In this document: piece by piece, positions 47,810-57,270 of the stretch
Layout of the letters: every line of letters starts with the position of its first letter
Position numbering within the stretch: position 1 is the stretch's first letter
NCBI GenBank assembly: GCA_963706025.1
Contig: CAVPLM010000003.1
Location: 608,001-672,000 of the forward strand
Source: an uncultured Actinomycetes bacterium
GTDB lineage: Bacteria; Actinomycetota; Thermoleophilia; RBG-16-64-13
Direction of reading: 5' to 3'
DNA: 64,000 nt
Notes under the pieces: model-generated
Seen by the model: only the letters and a program-made list of their open reading frames with translations
What the model was told of the DNA's origin: nothing
Database searches by the model: none
Translations under genes and position numbers: made by a program

Positions 47810-50437
47810 CTAGTCCCTGCCTCCTTCGATCCAGGCGTCGAAGCGCAGTCCGGCGCCTTGGTCGTATTCCCTGGCGAAAGCTTCGGGGTGATCCCTACGC
47901 CATGCTTCCCATTCCTCGTTCTTGACCTTCTGCACGTCGACCAGGTAACCACTCGTGGCCTGGCCGCACGCGTTCTTGGAAGTGAGCCCGTTCGGGGCGA
48001 TCGTGTTGATGGCCCCACCCCGGTCGACCTTGCCGGGAACCAGGGGATCGTGGCGAGCACCGTGGTCGACGTAGACGACACCGGGCTTGATCCTTTCCCA
48101 GACGCGGGCGCCGACAAGCACGATGCCCCGCTCGTTGAAGACCTTGACGACGTCACCGTCCTTGATGCCGCGCTCGGCGGCGTCGAGCGGGTTGATCCAG
48201 ATGGGTTCGTACCGGTAGCCGTCGAACCCAAGCACTTTGCCGGTGGGTGTCTCGCGGGCCCAGCTGATGTCGTCACCCTGGGCGTGCGTGCGCCAGCGCG
48301 GGTGGTTGGAGATGATGAGCAGCGGAAACATGTCGGCCCGCTCACTGGACAGGGCCTCGTCGTGAGTGACGCCCTTCTCGATCCACTTCGGGAACGGCGG
48401 CCGTTCCTTGTCGTCGGGGAAGTGCTGCGCCAGGCGCTCGGAGTAGAACTCCAGGAGGCCGCTGGGGGTCTTGAGCGGGTTGGTCTTCGGGTCTTCGTAG
48501 AACAAGCGGAAGCCGGGCGGGTCCTTCTCCCAATCATGAGCGGTGGCATAGACGTAGGTCTTCTTCTCGTAGAAGTCCTCCCAGGTGGTGAGCTTGTCCA
48601 TCTTCATGGCGTCGAAGACGACCTTCTGGAGGTCCTTGGTCGTCATGCCGCCGGTGAACTCCTCGCCCTTGCCCAGCTTCTCGGCGATCGCGGCCACGAT
48701 CTCGTAGTCGCTCTTCGACTCGCCGACCGGGAGGACCGACTGCTCCTGGATGGAGACGCTGGCGAAGTGCGGTCCCTGCCGGACCGTGGTGACGATGTCC
48801 TCGACCTCGAGCGTGGTGTTGGCCGGCAGGATGATGTCGGCATAGAGGCAGTCGTTCTCGAGCCAGGGATGCTGAGCGACCACGCACTCGATGCTCGCGT
48901 CCTTCATGGCCTCGATGGTCCAGTTGCCGTGGTTCCAGCAGGTGATGCGGCACGGCGTGTCGGTCCAGATCATGTGGATCGGGACGCCGCCCTTTTCCTT
49001 CGCTATCGGATACGTGTACCGGTCGAATTGCTCCTCGGTCTGGCACTCCTGGCCGCCGCTCCCGTAGAAGACCAGCGGCGCCTTGAGGATGGCGTCCTGG
49101 ATGAGGGTCTTGGGGATGAGTTGCGGGCCCCAGGCATGGACCGTGGTCCAGCACGGCTTGGTGAGGCGCTCGGGCAGTTCGGGGTTGAAGAAGCGGACGC
49201 TTCCCAGCCCTTCCGCCCTGGGCATGCCGAAGTACGTCATCTGGCACTGGTGAACGCCGGGCCCACCGAGCCCCTGCATGCCCAGGAGGACGCATTCCAG
49301 CCGGCCGGGCTCATGCGAGTAGGGGCCCCGGAAGGCTGAGCCGCCGAAGTAGTGGATGATGGAAGTGGTGTTCTTGGCGAACTCGCGCGCCAACGCTTTG
49401 ATGGTCCATTCCGGCACGCCGCACTTGGGGGCGGCCCACTCGGGAGTCTTGGCTATGCCCTCCTCGTCGTTGCCGAGGACGTATTCGGCGACCTTGTCCA
49501 TGCCGACCGCGTGGGTCTTGACGTACTCTTTGTCCCAGGTGCCCTCGGTGAGCCACACATAGATGATGGCCAACTGGAGAGCGGCGTCGGTATTGGGGAG
49601 CACCGGGATCCACTTGTCGGCGTGGACGGCAGCGGCGTAGTTGAGGTCGGGGCAGATATACACCTGCTTGATGCCGGCGCGGGTCCAGAACTGCGAGATG
49701 CGGCTGGCGTACTGCCCCGTGAACCCCCAGGGTGTGGTCTCCTCGTCGCAGCCCCACTTGAGCACCAGGTCGCAGTTCTCCGAGATGTCTTTGATGAGGT
49801 TGGCTGCGGGCGACATCATGCCCTGGAAGCCCTGGCCCCACACGTGCTTGGCCCCCCAGTACCAACCTTCCCAGCTATCCGGGTTGCGGACCTGCTGGGT
49901 GAAGCCGCCCATCATGTCGAGTAGTCGGGCCTGGTGACCGTGCGGCGTGTGGATGGTCTTGTTCTCGCCGTGTCCGTCGCCCTGAGCCAGTACGGCGAGC
50001 GGACCGTACTCCTTGTGTATCCGTCTGATCTCCGCGGCGATGATATCGGTGGCCTCGTCCCAGGAGATCCTCTTGTACTTGCTCTTGCCCCGGTTCTGAG
50101 GGTTCCTTTCCCCGTCGGGGTCCCAGTCGACCCGCTTCATGGGGAACTTGACGCGATTCGGGGAGAAGGTCCTCTTCTTGTAGGCGAGCGAGAAGGGAGC
50201 CGGCAGGGCCTTCGGCAGCGGGCTCAGCGTCTCGCCATTGCGCTCGATGGTCCACGGGTTCAGCTTGTCGAAGTCGTGCTTCCAGTCGTACTTGTACGGT
50301 CTGATCCTGACGGCCTTGCCGTCTTTCACGTCGACGAAACACTCGCCGCCGCCGCCGAGCAGACCGCCCATGGCCAAGTTCTTGATCGTTATCTTGTCGA
50401 CGCTTACATCAACCTTCTTGCGCTCCTCGTCCGTCAT
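47810..50437 (-). CDS. pyrogallol transhydroxylase-family Mo-bisPGD alpha subunit (divergent paralog)
   Basis: No N-terminal Fe-S Cys; VDVKDGK; PMKRVDWDPDGERNPQNRG; RNPDSWEGWYWG (Ser ligand); KTPEWA; HPRWRTHAQ. Confidence 0.9.
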   Translation of the reverse strand: MTDEERKKVDVSVDKITIKNLAMGGLLGGGGECFVDVKDGKAVRIRPYKYDWKHDFDKLNPWTIERNGETLSPLPKALPAPFSLAYKKRTFSPNRVKFPMKRVDWDPDGERNPQNRGKSKYKRISWDEATDIIAAEIRRIHKEYGPLAVLAQGDGHGENKTIHTPHGHQARLLDMMGGFTQQVRNPDSWEGWYWGAKHVWGQGFQGMMSPAANLIKDISENCDLVLKWGCDEETTPWGFTGQYASRISQFWTRAGIKQVYICPDLNYAAAVHADKWIPVLPNTDAALQLAIIYVWLTEGTWDKEYVKTHAVGMDKVAEYVLGNDEEGIAKTPEWAAPKCGVPEWTIKALAREFAKNTTSIIHYFGGSAFRGPYSHEPGRLECVLLGMQGLGGPGVHQCQMTYFGMPRAEGLGSVRFFNPELPERLTKPCWTTVHAWGPQLIPKTLIQDAILKAPLVFYGSGGQECQTEEQFDRYTYPIAKEKGGVPIHMIWTDTPCRITCWNHGNWTIEAMKDASIECVVAQHPWLENDCLYADIILPANTTLEVEDIVTTVRQGPHFASVSIQEQSVLPVGESKSDYEIVAAIAEKLGKGEEFTGGMTTKDLQKVVFDAMKMDKLTTWEDFYEKKTYVYATAHDWEKDPPGFRLFYEDPKTNPLKTPSGLLEFYSERLAQHFPDDKERPPFPKWIEKGVTHDEALSSERADMFPLLIISNHPRWRTHAQGDDISWARETPTGKVLGFDGYRYEPIWINPLDAAERGIKDGDVVKVFNERGIVLVGARVWERIKPGVVYVDHGARHDPLVPGKVDRGGAINTIAPNGLTSKNACGQATSGYLVDVQKVKNEEWEAWRRDHPEAFAREYDQGAGLRFDAWIEGGRD

Positions 50438-50538
50438 CGCAATCGTCGTCCTTTCGCTTTTCCGTGGTTGACGTGCTCGGAATCTTTCTAGTACGAGGGG
50501 AATCCCATCCCTCTTACTACCGTAACCACCGGGAATAA

Positions 50539-51414
50539 TCAAGGGGCTGGGCCTGGCACCAGGCGCGGGGAACGCCGGCCCGAAGAAGGCCTGTTGGGAT
50601 GGCGTCCGCTCATCCGTGCCGGCAGACTCGGATTCCAGCCCAGATAGGCTGAGAACGAGGCGGCTGTGGCTCTCACCGCCTCGGCGCACAGCGCGCTCTC
50701 GGCCGCGCCGAAGCGTCCCGCCGGGACCACGACCGAGATGGCGGCTATCACCGTTCCCAACTGATCGCGCACCGGGGCACCCACCGCACAGATGCCGGGA
50801 TAGAGCCCTTCGAGGTCGAAGGCCACGTTGTTCTTCGCTATCTGGTCCAGTTCCAGCGCGAGCTCGCGTGCATCGGTGATGGTGTGGGGGGTCCGCTGGG
50901 GACGGGGCTGGGACAGGATCGCGTCCCTTTCCTCCGGCGGCTTGAAGGCGGTGAAGATCTTGCCGTGGACCGACGCGATGTCGCCGAGGATCCGTCCGGG
51001 CGCCGTCTTACGCTTGAAGGGGCGGGTCGTATTGATGATGTCGACGCACACCGGGAACCCGTCGGCCTCGACAGCCAGGGTGACCGACTCCCCCGTTTCC
51101 TGCACGAGCGACTCGAGGAACGGCCGAGCCGAATCCACAAACTCCGAGTGGTCATCCGAGACGTAGGTGATCGCCAGCGTCGCCGGGCCGAGACGGTAGC
51201 GATTGGTCGTAAGGTCGCGGACAAGAAAGGCCATGGATTCGAGCGTCCGCACCATGCGATAGACGGTCATGCGCACGAGGCCGGTCTGCTCGGCCATCTC
51301 GTCGATGGTCCACTCGCGGTGGTCCACGTCGAAAAGGCAGAGGATGGAGAGTCCTCTGGCCAGCGCCCGGACCTGGAACGGGTCGGTCTCATGCAGTCCT
51401 GTGGTCGCGCCCAT
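50539..51414 (-). CDS. IclR-family regulator (paralog of 34646 gene)
   Basis: VRALARGLSIL..F; TVYRMVRTL; HGKIF; GICAVGAPVRD. Confidence 0.92.
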   Translation of the reverse strand: MGATTGLHETDPFQVRALARGLSILCLFDVDHREWTIDEMAEQTGLVRMTVYRMVRTLESMAFLVRDLTTNRYRLGPATLAITYVSDDHSEFVDSARPFLESLVQETGESVTLAVEADGFPVCVDIINTTRPFKRKTAPGRILGDIASVHGKIFTAFKPPEERDAILSQPRPQRTPHTITDARELALELDQIAKNNVAFDLEGLYPGICAVGAPVRDQLGTVIAAISVVVPAGRFGAAESALCAEAVRATAASFSAYLGWNPSLPARMSGRHPNRPSSGRRSPRLVPGPAP

Positions 51415-51501
51415 GTATCTCCTGTAGATCAGAACCGACCTGCAAGGCAGGCGTGCATCTTGCAAATGGACCGTGCCTACTCTACGATATTAGCAGTAAT
51501 G

Positions 51502-51516
51502 CTCGATAATATCGAG
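51502..51516. promoter_or_regulatory. palindromic operator candidate in divergent IclR/transhydroxylase intergenic region
   Basis: CTCGAT-AAT-ATCGAG in an AT-rich patch. Confidence 0.5.
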
Positions 51517-51574
51517 ATATCGTTTTGTCCCTCGGACTGCCGACCATCTCTGATCTCAGGGGAGCTGATGATTG

Positions 51575-54100
51575 ATGGCTGAAAAGGTTTTCGCGAACTG
51601 TACCAACAGCGGGCCCGTCTCTGTGTATGTCAAGGACGGGAAGATCACGAGGGTCCGTCCCCTGGTGGTGGACGAGAAGGACATGAAGCCCTGGGTGATC
51701 GAGGCCGGCGGGAAGAGTTACTCTCCCCCGAAGAAGGTCACCCTCTCGCCTTACATCCATGCCGAGCGGCGGCGCATCTACTCCGACGAGCGGATCAAAT
51801 ACCCCATGAAGCGGGTCGACTTCGATCCGAACGGCGAGCGCAATCCCCAGAACCGCGGCAAGTCCCGCTACGAGCGTATCTCCTGGGACGAGGCTGCGAC
51901 TCTGGTGGCGACTGAGCTCAAGCGGGTGAAAGACACCTATGGCGGGTCGGCCATCAGTGGCATGACCTCGTCGCATCACAACTGGGGCATCGTCGGCTAC
52001 AAGATGGGGCCGTTCGCCCGCTTCCTCAACATGATGGAAGGCACTCCGGTGCTGGACAACCCCGATAGCTGGGAGGGGTGGCATTGGGGAGCGACGCACA
52101 GCTACGGCTTCTTCTGGCGGCTGGGCATGCCCGAGCCGTACGACATGCTGGGCGACGCCCTGCAGAACGCGGAGATGATCGTCTATTGGTCCAACGACCC
52201 TGACAGCACCCGGGGTACGTACTCCGGCCAGGACTCGGCTCTCTGGCGGCAGTGGCTCAAGGAGAAGGGCGTCAAGATGGTCTTCATCGACCCCTTCTAC
52301 AACTACACCAACGCCGTCATGGGCGGCAAGTGGATCACCCCTCGCCTGGGCACCGACACCGCTGTGGCCATGGCCATCGCCTTCGTCTGGATCACCGAGG
52401 ATACCTACAACAAGGACTACATCCAGAACCGCACCATCGGTTTCGACGAGTTCAAGAAGTACGTCCTCGGCGAGATCGACGGGCAGCCCAAGACCCCGGA
52501 ATGGGCCGCGGAGGAGTCGGGCGTCGATGCCCGCGTGATCCGCACCCTGGCCCGCGAATGGGCCGCCAAGCGCACGGTCTTGTCGGGCGGTTCCCGTGGG
52601 GGGGAAGGCGGCGCCTGCCGGACGGCCTACGGCACCGAGTGGGCTCGTATGATGGTGCTGTTGCAGGCCATGCAGGGACTGGGCGCTCCGGGCCGTAGCA
52701 TCTGGGGTACGACCATGGGGGCGCCTTCAGACACCACCAGGTGGGTCCCCAGCTATGGCGAGCCGGAAGCCCGGATATCGATGTCCACCAAGGCGTGCAA
52801 GTACATCCCGGTGAACACGACCAAGCAGCGCCTGTGGCGTCTCACCGTGCCCGAAGCGATCCTGGACCCGCCGGTGGACTGGTACGGGGAAGGTTTCTGC
52901 GGCCGGAGCCTGGAGCAGCAGTTCATGCACTTCGTGTATCCGATGGAGGGGCACTCCGAGATGAAGCTGTGGTACCGCTACGGAGGCTCCTTCATGGGCA
53001 CCATGAGCGACACCAGCAAGTGGGTGCGGATGTACCAGAGTCCCAAGCTGGAGTTCGTGGTCAACCAGGACATCTGGTACAACAGCGAGACCCGCATGGC
53101 CGACGTGATCCTGCCGGCCTGCACCAACTTCGAGCGCGACGACATGGGCGAGTGGGCAGCCATCAACGGCTACACGGTGCACGCCAGCTGCGGCTGCAAC
53201 TACCGGGTAGTGGTGCGCGAGCAGAAGTGCATCGAGCCCCTGTGGGAATCCAAGTCGGACTACGAGATCTTCGCGCTCATCTTCGAGAAGATGGGCCTTA
53301 GAGACGAGTACACCGACGGCGGCAAGACCGAGGTCGACTGGGTGAAAGCCTTCTTCGACATCTCCGACCTGCCCAAAGACGTGAGCTGGGAGGAGTTCAA
53401 CCGGAAGGGCTACCACATCATCAACATCAACGACGACTACAAGCCGACGCCGGGGATGCGCTGGTTCTACGAGGGGCGCGACTGCGACACTCCCGACTTG
53501 GGTAACCCCAAGCGCCTCACGGAAAAGCGCGCCGAGCTCGGCACGTTCAGCGGCAAGATCGAGTTCGAGTCGGTGAGCCTCAAGCAGTACTTCCCCGACG
53601 ACGAGGAGCGACCGGTGGTGCCGCGCTACATCCCCAGCTGGGAAGGGCACCACACCACCGAGCTCTACGAGAAGTACCCACTGCAGCTCCTTTCCCCGCA
53701 CCCGCGGTTCACCTTCCACTGCCACTACGACAAGCACACCGACTGGCTGAACGATATCCCCGGGCACCGCATCAAGAAGGACGGCTATGCCTGGTGGCCG
53801 GCGCGCCTCAATCCCGAGGACGCGGCCAAGCGGGGCATCAACAGCCACGACATCGTCCGTCTCTACAACGACCGCGGCTCGGTGCTCTGCATCGCCGTGG
53901 TCACCGGACGGGTCAGTCCCGGGGTCATACACTCCTATGCCTCGTCGGCCCTTTACGATCCGCTGATGCCGGGCAACGCGGACTCCGTGGACAAAGGCGG
54001 CTGTGTCAGCATCCTCACCCCGTCGCGCATGCTGTCCAAGAACGCGCCGGGAATGACGCCCAATTCGTGCCTCATCGAGATCGAAAAATGGGAGGGCTAA
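51575..54100 (+). CDS. pyrogallol:phloroglucinol transhydroxylase-like alpha subunit (AthL-like)
   Basis: GPVSVYVKDGKI, FDPNGERNPQ.RG, SSHHNWG, NPDSWEGWHWG, GGACR..YGTEWAR, YRYGG, SPHPRF; follows the Pelobacter AthL motif pattern as recalled. Confidence 0.9.
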   Translation: MAEKVFANCTNSGPVSVYVKDGKITRVRPLVVDEKDMKPWVIEAGGKSYSPPKKVTLSPYIHAERRRIYSDERIKYPMKRVDFDPNGERNPQNRGKSRYERISWDEAATLVATELKRVKDTYGGSAISGMTSSHHNWGIVGYKMGPFARFLNMMEGTPVLDNPDSWEGWHWGATHSYGFFWRLGMPEPYDMLGDALQNAEMIVYWSNDPDSTRGTYSGQDSALWRQWLKEKGVKMVFIDPFYNYTNAVMGGKWITPRLGTDTAVAMAIAFVWITEDTYNKDYIQNRTIGFDEFKKYVLGEIDGQPKTPEWAAEESGVDARVIRTLAREWAAKRTVLSGGSRGGEGGACRTAYGTEWARMMVLLQAMQGLGAPGRSIWGTTMGAPSDTTRWVPSYGEPEARISMSTKACKYIPVNTTKQRLWRLTVPEAILDPPVDWYGEGFCGRSLEQQFMHFVYPMEGHSEMKLWYRYGGSFMGTMSDTSKWVRMYQSPKLEFVVNQDIWYNSETRMADVILPACTNFERDDMGEWAAINGYTVHASCGCNYRVVVREQKCIEPLWESKSDYEIFALIFEKMGLRDEYTDGGKTEVDWVKAFFDISDLPKDVSWEEFNRKGYHIININDDYKPTPGMRWFYEGRDCDTPDLGNPKRLTEKRAELGTFSGKIEFESVSLKQYFPDDEERPVVPRYIPSWEGHHTTELYEKYPLQLLSPHPRFTFHCHYDKHTDWLNDIPGHRIKKDGYAWWPARLNPEDAAKRGINSHDIVRLYNDRGSVLCIAVVTGRVSPGVIHSYASSALYDPLMPGNADSVDKGGCVSILTPSRMLSKNAPGMTPNSCLIEIEKWEG

Positions 54101-54104
54101 GATC

Positions 54105-54944
54105 ATGGCGCGCCTGAGCCTGCTCATCGACGTGACCAAGTGCAGCGGTTGCCACAACTGCTTCCTGGCCTGCCGCGACGAGTACTACGACAACGACTAC
54201 AGCCCCTACTCTGCCCCCCAGCCTCTCGAAGGTCAGTTCTGGATGCAGGTCAAGGAGATAGAGCGAGGCAGCTATCCCAAGCCCAAGCTCGACTACATCC
54301 CTCTTCCCTGTCAGCACTGTGAGACGGCTCCCTGCGTGGAAGTCGCCGCGGACGAAGCCGTGTATCGTCGCAAAGACGGCATCGTGTTGATCGACCCGCA
54401 GAAGTCAAAGGGCCAGAAAGCGATCGTCAATTCCTGTCCCTACCGGGTGGTCTTCTGGAACGCGGAGCTCGAGATACCGCAGAAGTGCACCCTGTGTGCC
54501 CATCGGCTGGACGAAGGCGCCAAGGAGCCGCGCTGCGTAGAGGCCTGCCCCACCGGCGCGTTGGTGTTCGGCGACCTGGACGACCCGAGCAGCGAGATCG
54601 CCAAGCTCTCGGCCTCAATGAAGGTCGAGACCTATCATCCTGAGTACAACGCGGCTCCCCTGGTCAAGTACGTGGGCATCCCCAAACGCTTCGTCGTCGG
54701 CGAAGTGGTGCGGCGAGATGTCCCCGAGGAGTGTGCTGAGGGGGTTCTGATCGCGCTCGAAGGCGGCGGCGCGAAGCTGAAGACCCGCTCGGACAGCTAC
54801 GGCGACTTCGAATTCGAAGGCCTTGAAAGGAACACGGCCTATCGCGTCCGGGTCGAGCTCGACGGCTACGCGCCGCAGGAGTTCGATGTCGTCACGCAGA
54901 AGGATGTGGACCTGGGCGAGATCGTCCTGGACCCAGTGAGCTGA
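54105..54944 (+). CDS. transhydroxylase-like beta subunit (BthL-like)
   Basis: IDVTKCSGCHNCFLACRDE; ERG.YP; CQHC..APC; YRRKDGIVLIDP; CPY; QKCTLCAH; SDSYGDFEF. Confidence 0.9.
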   Translation: MARLSLLIDVTKCSGCHNCFLACRDEYYDNDYSPYSAPQPLEGQFWMQVKEIERGSYPKPKLDYIPLPCQHCETAPCVEVAADEAVYRRKDGIVLIDPQKSKGQKAIVNSCPYRVVFWNAELEIPQKCTLCAHRLDEGAKEPRCVEACPTGALVFGDLDDPSSEIAKLSASMKVETYHPEYNAAPLVKYVGIPKRFVVGEVVRRDVPEECAEGVLIALEGGGAKLKTRSDSYGDFEFEGLERNTAYRVRVELDGYAPQEFDVVTQKDVDLGEIVLDPVS

Positions 54945-54969
54945 TGACAAACGACCCGGGAAAGGTCTC

Positions 54970-56169
54970 ATGAACGAGGTAGTGATCGTCAGCGCCGTGA
55001 GAACGGCGGTGGGTAGACTGGGTGGAGGTCTCAAGGACGTCGAGCCGGAAGACCTCGCGAAGCTGGTCATCATAGAAGCCCTGGCGCGGGCTCAGGTGGA
55101 ACCGGAAGCGGTCGACGAGGTCATCATGGGCCAGACCAAGCAGAGCGCCGACGCCGCCAACCTGGCCCGGGTGGCCGCGCTGAAAGCGGGCCTACCGGTG
55201 GAGGTGCCGGCCTACACGGTGATGCGGCAGTGCGGTTCGGGCCTGCAGGCCGTCCACAACGCGGCGGAGAGCATCATGATCGGCCAAGCCGACATCGTCG
55301 TGGCGGGCGGGGTCGAGAACATGAGCAAGGCCCCCTACTATTTGAGAAGCGCCCGGTACGGCTACGGGGCGGGCAACGCGGTGCTGGTGGACTCCAACAC
55401 CGAGAGCCAGCCGCGTTCGCAGCCGTATGAGGTCTACGGCAACCTGACCATGGGTCTCACGGCCGAGAACCTGGCGGTCAAGTACGGCATCAGCCGGGAG
55501 GAACAGGACGCCTTTTCCCTCCAGAGCCAGGAGAGGGCTTTCGCGGCCATCGAATCAGGCCGGTTCAAGGACGAGATCGTGCCGGTGGAGATCCCGCAGC
55601 GGAAAGGCGCGCCGTTGGTGTTCGACACCGACGAGCATCCACGCAGGAGCACCCTTGAGGGGTTGGCCGCGCTGCCCGCGGTGTTCAAGGAGGGCGGCAC
55701 GGTGACCGCGGGGAACGCCTCGGGCCGCAACGACGGCGCGGCCTGCACCGTCGTCATGTCGGCGAAGGAGGCGTCTAGAAGAGGTCTCAAGCCGATGGCG
55801 ACCATCAGGAGCATGGCTGTAGCCGGGGTGCCGCCGGAGATCATGGGCATCGGACCGGCGCCTGCCAGCCGCAAAGCCCTCGCCCGGGCAGGTCTGACCT
55901 TGGACGACATCGGACTGATCGAACTCAACGAGGCCTTCGCTGCCCAGGCTCTCTCGGTGGTCAAAGAATTGGGCATCGGCGACCGTATGGCCGAGTTGAA
56001 CGTGAACGGTGGGGCCATTGCTCTCGGACACCCTCTGGGGTGTTCCGGGGCCCGGATATTCACCACCCTGCTCTACGAGATGAAGAAGCGCGGGACCCGC
56101 TACGGGCTGGCGACGCTGTGCATCGCCGGGGGTCAGGGGATAGCGACCGTCGTCGAAGCTGGGGAATAG
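54970..56169 (+). CDS. acetyl-CoA C-acyltransferase (thiolase)
   Basis: QCGSG, GGVENMS, NASG.NDGA, NEAFA, GGAIALGHP.GCSG, CIAGGQG. Confidence 0.96.
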   Translation: MNEVVIVSAVRTAVGRLGGGLKDVEPEDLAKLVIIEALARAQVEPEAVDEVIMGQTKQSADAANLARVAALKAGLPVEVPAYTVMRQCGSGLQAVHNAAESIMIGQADIVVAGGVENMSKAPYYLRSARYGYGAGNAVLVDSNTESQPRSQPYEVYGNLTMGLTAENLAVKYGISREEQDAFSLQSQERAFAAIESGRFKDEIVPVEIPQRKGAPLVFDTDEHPRRSTLEGLAALPAVFKEGGTVTAGNASGRNDGAACTVVMSAKEASRRGLKPMATIRSMAVAGVPPEIMGIGPAPASRKALARAGLTLDDIGLIELNEAFAAQALSVVKELGIGDRMAELNVNGGAIALGHPLGCSGARIFTTLLYEMKKRGTRYGLATLCIAGGQGIATVVEAGE

Positions 56170-56209
56170 GTCGCGCGAAGGCAGACTGCCGATCGGATCG
56201 ACCCCCTTG

Positions 56210-56243
56210 GCCCCCCGCGAGCCTCTGGCTGCGGGGGGTCTTT
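56210..56243 (+). terminator. intrinsic terminator after thiolase
   Basis: GCCCCCCGC...GCGGGGGGT followed by CTTT. Confidence 0.6.
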
Positions 56244-56311
56244 CTATCTGTGTTCGCGGCGCCGTTTGTGCAACGCTGCTCTGAGCGCGGCGAGTCGGTA
56301 TCTGCGGTCGC

Positions 56312-57028
56312 CTAGGGCGCCAGGGAGATGCGGGGACTATCGGCCGTCAGGTAGTCGATCCGGCTGGTTCCTCCGCAGAAGCGTTGTATCAGCTCGGCCA
56401 CCTCGGCACACGCGGCTTCGATCTCGGCCGGGCTGACTGGAGGCAGTCCGTCCACATTGAACTCTATGGCTCGAGTCTCCGGTAGGGTCAGGGTGTGATT
56501 GCCCTGACGCCAGGTCCAGCGGCGGGTCAGCACTGTTTTGCCTTCTACAAAGACCACTTCCCCCGGGAGCGGATGCTCCATCTCCTCCGACCCGAAGGGG
56601 ACGAACTCCTCCTCGCCGGTGGCGAAGCGCAGTTCGATGTCGCCGCCCAGCAGGTCGATGGCGTGGCCGCCGGCCGGGATCAGATGGCGCAAGGAAATCA
56701 CGTTGCCGATATCGACCAGCGCGCTGATGGCGGGGAGCTCGTCTCCGCGAAGCGCCCGCCGGGCCATGGCCTCAACCGACGAGCGGTACTCGGCGGGCTT
56801 GGCGCCGAAGGCGCGGTAGGCCTCGCGCCAGCACTTGATGCGCGGCTCCTCGGCTATCTGTTCCAGGTTCACGCGGGTACGCACCGATTCCTCGGCTTCG
56901 CGTAGCATCTGCACCAGCTCCGCCGGCGAGGGGCCGTTACGGACTTCGTGGGCGATTACGACGCCGCGCACGTAACCGGGGAAACGCCCAAATATCTCGG
57001 GAGATATGCTGTAACTGAAGTGCTCCAT
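56312..57028 (-). CDS. stand-alone B3/B4 (PheRS editing-like) domain protein
   Basis: WREAYRAFG.KP...RSSVEA..RR; LP.I..LVDIGN.IS; GEVVF; TRRWTWRQ. Confidence 0.9.
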   Translation of the reverse strand: MEHFSYSISPEIFGRFPGYVRGVVIAHEVRNGPSPAELVQMLREAEESVRTRVNLEQIAEEPRIKCWREAYRAFGAKPAEYRSSVEAMARRALRGDELPAISALVDIGNVISLRHLIPAGGHAIDLLGGDIELRFATGEEEFVPFGSEEMEHPLPGEVVFVEGKTVLTRRWTWRQGNHTLTLPETRAIEFNVDGLPPVSPAEIEAACAEVAELIQRFCGGTSRIDYLTADSPRISLAP

Positions 57029-57270
57029 AACGGCGTCCGCCCCTCTGGTCGAAGTGTTCCTGGCCGGGATTCTACCCGAAAACCGCCTGGCCCCGCCGCC
57101 CATACGCGGCACCCGCCCGGCACTCGCATGGCACGCCGCCCTGCGCTGAGCGCGCCACCCGGCGCGATACTCGGTGCGCGGCTGCGTCCGTCCGCCCGCT
57201 TGCCGCCGGGGAGGCGCCTGCGCTAGGCTGAGTGCCTACTTGAAGCGCGGGCCGAGGAGGGACACACGTC

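Noticed and set aside
47810-50689. 959-aa N-terminally extended transhydroxylase-like ORF
   Set aside because: The extension overlaps the IclR 3' end and is low-complexity; the likely start is 50437.
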